Positions 46,729-58,635 of a stretch of 64,000 nucleotides of DNA are shown here, one piece after another. The position numbers and the translations under genes were made by a program. The stretch spans positions 620,001-684,000 of the forward strand of contig MU053472.1 in the NCBI GenBank assembly GCA_013239625.1, written 5' to 3'. Every line of letters begins with the position of its first letter. Within the stretch, counting starts at the first letter, position 1. Origin of the DNA: Lama guanicoe. Taxonomy: Eukaryota. The notes under the pieces were generated by a model that was not told where the DNA came from, ran no database searches, and saw only the letters and a program-made list of their open reading frames with translations.

Positions 46729-49700
46729 AAATACATAGTAAATACAACAACAATGTAATTAAAATGGCATACTGCGTAATGCAAAAGAAGGCATTAATGG
46801 AGGAACAAATGGGCAAAAACCGTTATCAATAATTAAGTTAAATTTGAAAAGACGAAACACTCCAATCAAAAGGCAGAGACTGTCTAACTGGCTACAAAAA
46901 ATTCAACTCTATGCTGTCTGCAAGAAACACTTTAGATTCAAAGATACAAATAAGGGTAAAAGTAAAACCACACACCATATAAACAGTAAACTTCAGGAGA
47001 GCTCGAGTGGCTACATTAACACTGGAAAAAAAATACATTAAGATAAATATCACTAGAGACAAAGAGGAACAATTATAATGATTAAAGCATCAATTTATCA
47101 GTAAACTACAACAATGATAAATAAATACACACACCTAAAAACAGAGCCCCAAAATACATAACGCAAGAAGTAAATGAAAGAATAGACAGTTCACCAGTGA
47201 CAGGTCCCTGGATCGATAGCTTCCACCCTAAGAGACTGGAAAGAAACGGAGAACAAACAACCCAAGGCGAGCAGAAGGAAGGAAAAAGTAAGGATCAGAG
47301 TGGCAACTAATGAGGTAGGAAACTTAAAAATAGAGAAATATCAATAAAACCAAAAGTTAGAGCTTTGAAAGGATTTTTTAAAAGATGACAAACAAGAGAG
47401 AAGACAAAACTTCCAAAATCAGAAATGAAAAAAAAGATATTGCAGCTGACCCTACTGAAATTAAAAGGATTAATAAAGGAATATTATCAACAAGTTAGAC
47501 AACTTGGATAAAAATGAACGAACTCCTAAAAAGACACAAATTTACCAAAACTGATTTGAGAAGAAACAGAAAATCTGAACAGACCTATACCACATAAAAA
47601 AATTAAATTAGTAATTAAAAATCTCACAGAGCCCAGTCCTAGAAGGCTTCACTGGTGAAGTCACTATCAAATATTTAAAGAAGAAATACCAATCTTTCAC
47701 AAACTTCATCGGAAGACCAAAGAGAGAACATTTTCCAATTCACTCTAAGAAGCCAGTATTATCCTGATACCAACACCGTCAAAGACATCACGAGAAAACT
47801 GCAGACCAGCATCTCTCATGAAGACAGACGCAAAAATCCTTAGTAAGTATCAGCAAATCAAATCCAGCAACATATTACAAAATCATACACCAAAACTATA
47901 CAGCCAGGTGGGATCTGTCCCAGGAGTGCGAAGCTCGTTGAACATCAATATGAATTAGTGCAATACACTATATTAATAGAATTAAGGACAAAAACCACAT
48001 GATCATCTCAACAGATACATAAAAAGCATTTGGTAAAAGCCAACGCCTATTCCAGATAAAAATTCTCTACAAACTATGAAGAGAAAAAGATTTCCTCGAA
48101 CTGATTTTAATGGGCATCTATGAAAAACTTCAACTAATATCATTATTAATGGTGAAAAACTTAAGTGTTTTTCCTCCTAAGATCAGGACTAAGGCAAGAA
48201 TGTTAGCTCTTGCCACTTCTACTCAGCATCGTATTGAAGGTTCTGGCCACTGCAATAGTCTAAATAAATAAAAACTAAAGGCCTATATATTGGAAAGAAA
48301 GGATTAAAACTGTATTTATTCACAGATGAAATGATCCTGTGTGAGGAATCCATTTAAAAAGATAGAAATAATAAATATATTCAGCAAAGTCACAGGGTAC
48401 AAGATCACTAAACCACTACCAAAAAAATCAACTGCATTTTTATATACTAGTAAGGAACAATCCAAAAGTGCAATTAAGGAAACATTTCATTGATAAGATC
48501 ACCAAAAATAATAAAATATTCAGGAATAAATTTGACGAAAGTGCAAGATTTGTACACTGAAAATTATAAAACATTGCTGAAAGAAACTGAATATAAATAA
48601 ACAAGGAGACATTCCACGTTCATGGATTGGAAGATAAAATTGTTAAGAAGGCAATTCTCCCAAAATTGATCTATAGATTAAATATAATCCCTATAAACAT
48701 CTCAGCAGGCATTTTTATAGAAATTAACAAACTTATCCCAACATTTACATGGAAATGCAATGGACCCAGAATAGCCAAAACAGTTTTGATAAAAATTTAG
48801 AGGACTTAAACTATCCAATTTCAAAACTTTCACTGGTGTAAAAACAGGCCAATAGAATCAAACAAAATTAAGAGTCTAGAAATAAACCCTCACATTTTTG
48901 GCCGACTGATTTTTCCAGAAAGGAGTCAAACCAATTCAATGAGAGGAAAATAGTCTTTTCAACAAGTGATACTGGGACAACTGGCTACTCATATGCAAAA
49001 TTATATTTTTAGAACCTCACATCACAGGCAAAAATTAACTCAAAATGGATTACAGATCTACATTAAAAGTTAAAACTATAAAAACTTCAGGAAGAAAACA
49101 TAGGAGAAAAATCTTTGTGACACTGGGTTGGGCAAAGATTTTTTGAGATCCGACACCAAAAACAATCCATAAAAGAAAAAAAAAGGATAAATTGGAACAT
49201 CGAAGTTTGAAATGTGATTCAAAAGACAGCATTAAAAATAATGAAAAAGCTAGCTACAGACTGGGAGAAAAGATTTGCAAATCATTTTCTGATAAAAGAT
49301 TTATATTTAGAATATATGAAGACTTCTTACAATGCAGTGAGACAACTCAATTAAAAATGAGCAAAAGATTTGAATAGACAGTTCACAGAAGAAGGTAGAT
49401 ATATGAATGGCTAATAAATGCATGAAAAGCTGTTCTACATCACTAGTCATTAGGGAAATATAAATTAAAGCCACAGTGAGAGTCCAGGGCTTACTAGAAT
49501 GGCTATAATCATAATTGAGATGATGAGAATTAGGCTGTGGAGCAACTGGAACTCTCACACATTGCTGGTGGGCGCATAAAGTGGTGCAGACGATGTGAAA
49601 AACAGCTGGCAGTTTCTCAGGAAGTTAAATATAAACTTACCATATGACCCAGTAATTCCGCACCTAGGTATCTAGCCAAGAAAAACGAAAACATGTTCCA

Positions 49701-50165
49701 CAAAGATTTGTGAGTCTTTATATCAGCTTCATACATAATGGCCAAAATCTGGACACAATTCAAATGGTAATGAAAAGGCAAAGAGAGAAGCAAAATGTGG
49801 CTGGTGTATCCACACAGTGGGTACCAGTCAGCAACAAAAAGAAACAAACTACCCAGATATGGTCAGTGAAAGAAGCCAGACACAAAGACTACACATTGTA
49901 TGATACCATTTATATGAATCATTCAGAAAAGACAAATCTATCGCTACAGAAAGCAGGTCAGTCATTGCCTGGGGCGGGGATGGAACTGAGGATTGACTGC
50001 AAACCAGCGAGAGTTACTTGTTGGGGTGATGAAAATATTCTAAAAGTACAGTGTGTTGATGGTAGCACAACTCTACAAACTTATTAAAAACCACCAAATT
50101 CTACATTTACAACGAGTGAATTTTATGGCATGTAAATTACACCTCAATAACAAAGCAGCAAAAAA
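46729..50165 (+). mobile_element. Oldest L1, degenerate ORF2 and 3'UTR (L1MB/MC-like)
   Basis: EN-domain remnant NTPIKRQRLSNWLQK, RT-region blocks (AAAAACCACATGATCATCTCAACAGATACATAAAAAGCATTTG), and the 3' end GTGAATTTTATGGCATGTAAATTACACCTCAATAA. Confidence 0.9.
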
Positions 50166-53100
50166 ACTTTAACAAGCAAGGGTGTGCTAACCCTACCACC
50201 AGCACCCAACAGCCTGCCCTGCTTCTGTTCCCACAAACTCCTTCTCTGACACCCACCGCTCTCCCTGCAGAGACCCTCCCAGACTCCCCAGGGAGTGCTT
50301 TATACATCTTCTGTCTACCCTCCCATAGGACTCATCCTCCTCCAGATCAGAGCTGTGTCCACTGGCTGCTCCCTTCTCAGTTCCTCAAGAAAAGCTTGTT
50401 AAGAGAGAAGCAAAAAACTCTGAAGTGCCTTCTGTGGGTCGCGGGGATCTCTCACGTGGGAATAAAGTTGAAACTTCTACTCAGCGGCTAAGCACAGACC
50501 CTAGTACCTTTCTAAGTTAATCGAGTTACAGATGATCTTTTTAGGATCATTTTGCTTCTGTGACCCATTTTACTACTACTTTTCCTCCAGATCTACTCTG
50601 GTCTGCCTCCCTCTGATCCGGCGCAACCAAGTCCCTACCCTGTGTGTGGCGGGGCCCAGCAGGATGACGCTGTGGGTGAGGGGCTCCAGGCACCTGCAAG
50701 CAGCCCGCAATTCCTGGTACTCCCACGCACACTTCACAAAAACCAGGCAGAGTCCTGCACTGTGTTTCTGTGGCCTTAAGTCCCAGCAGAGCCCTATCTG
50801 ATGCTCTTCCCTGCAAGCCACAGCCCTGCTCCAGGCCCAGGCTGGGTTGACTTACTAAGCACCCAACAGGCATGTAAACAGTATCTCCTCACAGATACTC
50901 CCTCTGGTCCAGACACTGGCTGAGGAGTGGGGAGACCCTGAGGAGGGGAACTCATGTCCCTCGAGGAGCTCCACCTGGCGTCACCGCCAGCAGTGAGGGG
51001 ACTTCATACCTAACCCTGGTCACAAGTGCACACGCTCAACCAGCCGGCAGCAGGGCCTACCCCAGGCAGAGCACTGTGCAAATGCCGCCGGGCAGGGCTG
51101 CTGGTCGCCAACCCCTGTGATCGATCGGCGCCACCTGGAGGGAAGGTGCCTGCCTTCCACGCAGGCTCCTGGCTCAGCCCCGAGCGCTGCAGACACTACC
51201 TCCAACCCTTGATACACTGGTCAAAAGTCAGACACCCAAACCGCTTCTAGGCACACGCGTTAGTGCAGTTATGGGAGGGGGGAACCAACCACTCAGCTCA
51301 GCAAAGCATCTGAAAGGCTACCCTAAAATATCTGCATATTGAACGACCAAGGACAGTTAAACTTTCAAAGGGAAGAAGATCAAAGTGCTGTCATCTTTTA
51401 ATTTAATCCTTTTGTTGCATCAATGGTCTTAAGAGGGATGAGAGAGATCAAAATAAAAATGGAAACAAACTATATCTTTGTGGCTGTTGTGTTTTAGTCT
51501 TTTTTTCCTCAATTTGGGCCACAAAATAGGTCAGCTCCATTACTGATCAGCCTTCCCACAAATATTTAAAACAAATTGAATTGCACACCCAATACCCATC
51601 ACAATTACACCAGGCACAATAACTAAATTAGCAATTCAACAAAATAATTGGAAATGCGATTCTCTCTATCCCACCAGTCTCCCTCGAGGGTTTAGCCGAT
51701 CTATGGGGGAAAACTCCGCTTTCCTAATTCTGCAGCTAATTAGAGACACACTTGTAAATGAAGTTGTTTGTCTTAAAGTTGAAATTCTCTTCTGGGGGTG
51801 GCGGAGAAGGAAGGAGAGAGGAGAGAAGCCTTTCCTTCTCGTCTGGATCAAGTGGATAAACAGGTATGAAGAGCGCCCACCTGGGTTCTCAGCAGCAGCC
51901 ATGCCTACAATTAATAAAGCATCACTGTTTCACCGTCACTTGTCTGGTAGCGAACGACCTCAGATGAGCCAGCCTGGTTGACATCCTCGCCGAGAGAGGA
52001 ATGCTTTTTAAAGGCCCTGGCGACTGGTCGTGTGGGCCATGTGGCGCTGCTCTTTAGGGACCCACAGGACAACAGGAGGGTCAGCTCCCACCAGGACCTG
52101 CGCGTTTGGACCCGGGGAACCAAAGACTCATCCTGCCAGGAAGCAAAGGGGAGGCTCCCGCACCGAGCAGACCATGCCCTCCTGTGGACGGCCCCGAGCG
52201 GCGGGCCAGGACCTGCTGGGCCGCGTGGTCCGCCAGCCAGAGGCGGCAGTCGGCCTTGGCCCACTCGCTCGCGCCACTCCTGGAGAAGCAATCTTGAGGT
52301 TTCAATTAGGCCGTCCTTGGCCTCTTTTTGTTCCTTCAGGAAGGAAAATCTCGATTTAATTATATAACTGAGAACTAGGCCTCGCATTCGTCCCCTCTTA
52401 CCCTCCTCCACGAAGATCAGGATGTGACCTTAAAACGCCAAGTCTCCACAGGGCCGCGCGGGCTCCAGGCGCAGGGCGGGCGGGGGGCTCCCCCTCCCCC
52501 AGGCGCAGGCCCGCCAGGGCCCCGCAGAGAACAAAGGCCTGACCTTACTGGGGAGGCCCACACATGAAACAGTGGCCCTGGGGCCTGGGGAAGCCTCCGC
52601 TCCCAAGATCCTCCTGGAACATCACAGCACCCAGGTGGGGGGTGAGGCGGGTCAGGCGGCTGCTGAAATGCTGATAAGTGAACTCCGTGCACCTGCTCCT
52701 TACTGCTTATCTCCTCCAACAATGTGAACTCGGAGTTACCGCGATTAAAGCGTTCCGCATTAGCCTTACACTTAGCTCTTAAAACCAAGTGCGATGTGCT
52801 ACAACTTTAAAGGACACAAGAGTCAAACTGGAAAATAATTTCATGGCATCAGGGAGTCCGTTCCCGGCCCGATCCCTCCAGAGGAGAGAGGGGGCCGGGT
52901 TAGCTCCCCCAGCCTCCCCCTCAGTCATGCCAGGCACCGAGGCAGGAAGCTGCTCACTTCCCTTCACCCAGGTGTACCCCAGGTCACACTCCAGGTCACC
53001 ACTCATCAGGTGCAGGCCCTACCCACGAGGGCGCTGTTTCCCTTGGCCCTGGGACAGCTGTAGCTCTCACTGCCCCATCTGTTATCACTTACCGCATTTT

Positions 53101-54629
53101 CCATTTTGACCTTTGCAACAACTTGCAAAAGATCGGGAAATACTCATAGACTTGAGCTGGCCAATCCAGGAGCCACCAGCCACACTGCAAGGGCTCAGAA
53201 GCCACATGTGGCTGGTGCGTACGGAATGGACTGCATTCCCATCACCCCAGAAAGTGCTCCTGGACAGCTGTGGTCGATGCTCTGGACACTCCTACGGTTA
53301 GAAGAGGCCTCTCTTGGGCTCCTCGCAGGAGAGAGGAAGGCAGCTGGCCATGAGGGCGCAGGAAGCACTCAGAGCTCGGAGCTGCCCTCAGCCTGGAGGG
53401 GCAGAAACCACAGAGCAGCAGGCAAATCGCCTTGCGCTCAGTGCCAGCTACACCTGCGCACGAGCACACCTGTCTGTCCCAGGGCCGGGCTCTCGCAGGC
53501 AGATATTAGCACCCTAGAAGCCAGGGCCCCGGGCACCTGGGCTGCTGCCCTCCTGCCAGGCTGAGCTCTCACCTTGAAGAGCCAGAGCCCTGGAAAAGCG
53601 ATGCCAAGCCTGAAAAGGGGCCAGAGTCTGGGCTGCCAGGATCCCCGCCAGGATTAACAGAGGCAACTCTGATGAGACCCAGGTCAGAGAGTGCTGGACT
53701 CACTCGACTGAAGAGAAGAACAGAGCCCACCTGGAGACCAGGTCACCTGCCCAGACAAACCTCGGCTACATAAACCTCCACCAGCGTCTGGCCCACGGAG
53801 GAGGTCAGCACATACCTGAGTGAACGGACAGGAAAAACATTCTTCCATCTGTTCCAGGCCAAGGTCTACCAAGCTGCCTTTACCTAGGAGCAGCTGCTTG
53901 AGGACGGGGAGGTCCTCAGGAACCAGCGGGGCTGACCCTCCCAGTACGGAGGGGGACCCCAAGGCCCAGAGGTCAAAGGCTTCCTCAAGGTCACACCCCA
54001 GCAGGTTTGATTTCTGGTCCAGGATTTCTCCCACTACTCCAGCTTCTGTTCATTTCTGTCCTTGATGCGAACCGTCGCATCAGCCCATTCCAGGACTAAT
54101 TCTGTGTCCTCAAGTCTATGTGAGAACTGGGTAACACACCCTAAACACCTTGGGGAAGGGCGGTTCGGGGCAGCAGACGCAGCCAGCACCACGGGATGAG
54201 GAGACACTGGCCCAGAGCGGCCTGAGCTCATTTGCAACCCAGCCATAAAGAGGAAGATGGGGTGAGAGGAGGTGGTACTGTTTCCATGCCTACTGAGGAC
54301 CTTTTTCTACCCTATCAGTAATATGGGATTGCCTTTTTTTCCCCCTACAGGCTTCTAAATTTTCTTTCCTGAGAATTCAGTGTCCTTGACCTCAGCAAAT
54401 GCACTGAGAACCCTGAACCAGGGAAATAAACCAAGCAAACTTCTCAGGACTATAAATGCTGCCGAGGCAATGACCTCATTGGCAGACCCCACACGATGGG
54501 CAAGAAAGGCCTGGTAAAGGAAATCTATAGATTCACAAGAAAAACATAAGTTAGATAGGGCATACTCACTCGGCATTTACACCCCTCCTCTCCTCCCCAG
54601 ACAAGGAGCGGTAATGAGGACTTCATCAA

Positions 54630-54945
54630 TACAGCTGCTGGACAAACTGAATATATACAATCAGCAGGGCGATGTGGATCCCCGGAACTTACGAGAGAAT
54701 CAGTTAATGAACTTACCAAACTACTGGCAATTATTTTTGAAATGTTACGAAGAAAGAGAAAGCAAAAAGAAAGATAACAAGGTAGATAAGCTTTAAACAA
54801 ATAAAAAAAGAATGAGTAACGCAAGCTCGACTTCATTCCTAGCACAACTGCCCCCGGTAAACAAGCACATGCGTAAATGAAAAAACACAAACTCAAGACA
54901 CAGAAAACAAGGTGCATTCGCTTTAGACAAGGCTCACTGCTCGTA
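54630..54945 (+). mobile_element. Probable ancient CR1/L3 LINE ORF2 relic
   Basis: LDKLNIY..GDVDPRNLRE followed, after a frameshift, by SVNELTKLLAIIFE. This resembles the CR1 pre-RT motif LxKLxxxKSxGPDxxHPRxLRELAxxxxxPLxIIFE. Confidence 0.55.
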
Positions 54946-55929
54946 TCTGCGCTGATTAACCGCAAGGACGCGGGGCAGCCTATCAGGGTGTGAGCAGAGG
55001 GGAGGCCGCCCTGACATAAACCCCCCACACTCCTGCAGCCACAGCCTCGGGCTTCTCCACTGCGCCCCCTACCTCTGCTCTCAGCAGTTTTGCTGAGACC
55101 TCACTTGGGAGTCTGGCCCAGGAGACACACATCTTGGTATCAACACATCCCAAATCCAGAGTGACTGCCGCGTGGTGGGGAATGGTGCCCAGCTTCATGA
55201 TGAATGTCACATTTGGAGCCATTGAGCCTCAAATTCAGCTCCTTTGGGATGAAATGGTAAGAGATAAAAAGGCTATAATCTTGGAGAGGTCATAGCTATG
55301 TAAGCGGAGACCAGGAAACTCCACCTCTAAAAGGGCACAGCTTTTCTAAACTGGAGACGCAGAGTGTTGCTGGCCTGGTCGGAGCTGGCTTTCTCCGGTG
55401 CTCTGTTGGCTCTCAGGGTTTCCAAGTGCTCGATGAGTGTTCTTGGATGGTGACCCTGGAGAGAATGGCTACACACCAAAAACAGTACAGAGCAGCTGGG
55501 AGGAACACCAACCCATACAAAACAGGGAAAAGCCACCAGAGAGGTCCCCAGGATAAAGGCACTGAAAGTAGCAGGAGCCCGAAAACCAGAGCGGAGAGTG
55601 GGGAGAGCAAATTACATGCGATCCAGCGGCCAGAAAAAATACATGTGAGCCAGGGAGGGAGAGGACGGTGTCACTTTCTGTTTATCCACCATCTTTCATT
55701 GGAGCATCTCAAAGCACATTACAGGCAGCAGCTCTTTAATCCTCCCAGAGGAGGATGCTGACTTGAAGGGTTCCCTGGGGAGCAAGAAATAAACCCCAGG
55801 ATCAGACTCCAGGGCCAAGCTCCTCTGCCTCTCAACACCCTTTGTTGCAGATGGCCCAGCCGGGGCGGGTGACAAGTTCACGGGCCCTGCGACAAGCCTC
55901 CATCACACGTACCGACAGCCTGCAAAACA

Positions 55930-56340
55930 TTTGGACCCTTTCCCTAGGTTCACTTTACACTTTACTCCTAAAAATACACGCCAAGAACAACAGTAACTTC
56001 AAAAAACAATAACCAAGCTTTATGCACAAATGTTTCCCAGTAACGTTATTCATAATAGCAAATAATTGCTAACAATTGAACGTTCTACAAGAGGGGACTT
56101 GGTTCAGTACTGAAACTACACGCCCCCAATGGAATTACTAGGTAGCAATTAAATTACTTAAGTGATATCTTAAAATACTTAAGTGATAAACATGGAAACA
56201 ACATTCTCCTGTACTATTTTAACTATTAAAATGCAGAATGCTATGTACTACCGGTTCTCAACTGGTGGTATGTGTGTGTTATGCGGAGGGGGATGGCTGT
56301 ATGAGCATTCTTTTTATTACTTTTCAAAGGGTAAGTAAAA
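55930..56340 (+). mobile_element. Old L1 (L1ME-like) 3' fragment
   Basis: ATGCACAAATGTTTCCCAGTAACGTTATTCATAATAGCAAA...CAATGGAATTACTAGGTAGCAATTAAA. Confidence 0.6.
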
Positions 56341-58319
56341 CCATTTCAGAACCGTCCAAAAGTCAGTCTTTCAACCTAGCTGCTCCCCGGCCCCTCCCCG
56401 CAGGAGGAGTCGGGCTAGCCCGCGTCACGGCACCCACACACGGGCAACCAGGCCACTCACGTTAACGAGAAGGGGTATTTCCGGGCGGTGGGATTACAGC
56501 TGAATCTTATTTTCATGTTTCTACTACTTTCGTGTAATTAATTTTTGACAGAAATAAACTGAGAAACCAGCCTTCTCTTCTCTATCCTGAAGGGACAAGA
56601 CCCCGCTGGCTCCCGGCTCCGGCCTCGGGTGCAGACCTGGGTGGGGTGACAGCTCTGCGCCCCCCACCCCGCTCCCGCGCTGTCTTCGGGGGCTGCCGGG
56701 TGATGAGGGTCGTGTGTGGAGGAGAAACTCCGCACAAAGGGGAGGAATGCTTCAGTCAACGCCGAAAAAGGGCCTGGGATTGAAACTCTTGATAACAGTT
56801 CTCAACTCATTTAAAAATCAGCATTAGCCACCAAAATGTAAAGTATTAGTTTTATTAAAATGCAAATCAATCAACTAATCTGTCTTTCTAGTAACAGCTG
56901 AATTGCGGTATCCGTGTCAATTAAAATAGTTTCCAATTTATTCTTGGCTGGAAGGAGGGTGGTCCTCTGAATTTTAAATTGCTAGCCTCTCTTTACTGAA
57001 AATTCTGTCCGTTCTTTCTCACCTCTCCTGATTTTAATTCATTTCAATTAAACATGTTGGACTCCAAATATTTTGAAGTACCTGCTTGGATCTTCTTCTT
57101 CATCAGGTGAAGAGTGACTGTGACAAAGGCCTACAGCTTTCGGAGACGTGGGCCGGCATCGCGCTCACGGAGGCCCCACACTAACAGGTCACTCGCCTGC
57201 TGTTCCGACGCGCATTATCCATAATCCTCAGGCCAGACACGCAGGATCGGATGTTCTATATTTTAGAAAGTGACCATTTTGAAGGGAGTGCATGTGGGGG
57301 AACTCTTCCGTTTCTGCCGACTGATCTTTTACGTAACTGGAGACACACTGAAACGTAAACGTTTCCCTGACAGTCAAGCCCGAGGTAACTTCCAAGACAA
57401 GAGAAACAAGCCGCCGAGCACCAAGGCACAATCAGGGTGAGGCGGAGCACGCTGCTCCCCTCACTTGCCCACCTGGAGCCCCGCAGACACCCGAGCACTA
57501 ATGTTGAATTGTGATGCTGATGACACTCAGGACTCACGCCACCTGGAGCCCAGCCTCCAGTCCCCGGACACCTACTCAATGATACGTGGGATTCCTGGGC
57601 CCCAAAACTTGTGACTTGATCTTGACACTTTAAAACACTATCAAAACCTGACTTTAAAAACGACAACTGGTTATTAACTACAACTGCACTCAGTTGCCTG
57701 GACGCGGCATTTCTGTCACCCCATAGCTCTGCATGAAGATTTGGGCAAAGGACCCAGGAGACGGTCAGCCTCACGGGCAGGCGCACACACATTACTTATG
57801 CAAGATCACCTCCCCTGCACACTGACCACAGCAGGCCAATAAATCCCCCTTATGGGGCTTTAATTTCCAGCTTTTGACCTTTGGATGAAAAACAAGTGAA
57901 TCATTTCCTCCTGCTAGATTTACACCAGAGCTAATCTCAATAAAGTGATTTAGGAATGGTGAGGATGGAAAAGGACTCTGGAAGCATCTTCATGGGGGAA
58001 AAGAGGAAACAAAAGAGAAGTCAGAGATGTGCGTTTAGTAACAAACAGGCAAATGCCTGCAAGGTACAAAGTCTCGGGGGCACAGCTGACGGGCCTGGGG
58101 GGATCCCCTGCTCCTTGGAGCCACGATCAACTGCTGAACATTACCCGCCCAGAAAGCAGCACCTGCCCAGAATTATTCCCTTCCATGAAGTTTTGTTTTA
58201 TGAGAGCAGGCCATGGGGCTGGGGAAAAAAACGAAAACTCTCTCAAGGAACGTGTCACTCTGCTGGAGCGCTAAATCACTCACTCGGGGCTGCTCAACAG
58301 ATCACGTGTGCCACCAGTG

Positions 58320-58571
58320 GTGGCAATAAAAACACTCTTTATTTGTGGTGGTGAAAGGCCGTGGGGGGCGAGCCCTCTGCACACGAAGCACTGGGGACAC
58401 AGACACTGGACTCCAGGCTTCCTGGCACCGATCCGGCCTGTGTTCCGAACAGCACAGCTTCCCGGGACTTCCTGACCCGCTCCACACTGGGCCCGCGGTT
58501 CCTCCGTCTGGGGCTGGATGTGCGGAGGCCCGGCCTCAAGGCCTCGTCCATCTCAAGAGAGGTGGGCGCCG
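58320..58571 (-). other. AATF: AATF 3'UTR (about 250 nt)
   Basis: Runs from the TGA to just past the minus-strand AATAAA at 58343-58338. The cleavage site is approximate. Confidence 0.75.
58338..58343 (-). terminator. AATF: AATF polyadenylation signal AATAAA
   Basis: TTTATT on +, the first such hexamer downstream of the AATF stop. Confidence 0.75.
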
Positions 58572-58635
58572 TCAATCCCTGTGGCCTTCGTCGGGAGGGT
58601 GGAGTTGGCCAAAAAGAGACCGATACAACTCTGTC
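58572..58635 (-). CDS. AATF: Apoptosis antagonizing transcription factor (Che-1/Traube) last coding exon
   Basis: The minus strand reads TTGCTTTCCAG|G ACA GAG TTG TAT CGG TCT CTT TTT GGC CAA CTC CAC CCT CCC GAC GAA GGC CAC AGG GAT TGA = TELYRSLFGQLHPPDEGHRD*. This matches the AATF C-terminus as I recall it, and AATF is the known tail-to-tail neighbour of ACACA. The ORF track does not list it. Confidence 0.93.

Noticed and set aside
58536..58574. AATF stop context TGA-CGG as a readthrough signal
   Set aside because: It would add only about 11 residues (RRPPLLRWTRP) before the next TGA. It is not the mammalian TGA-CTAG motif, and I have no conservation evidence.
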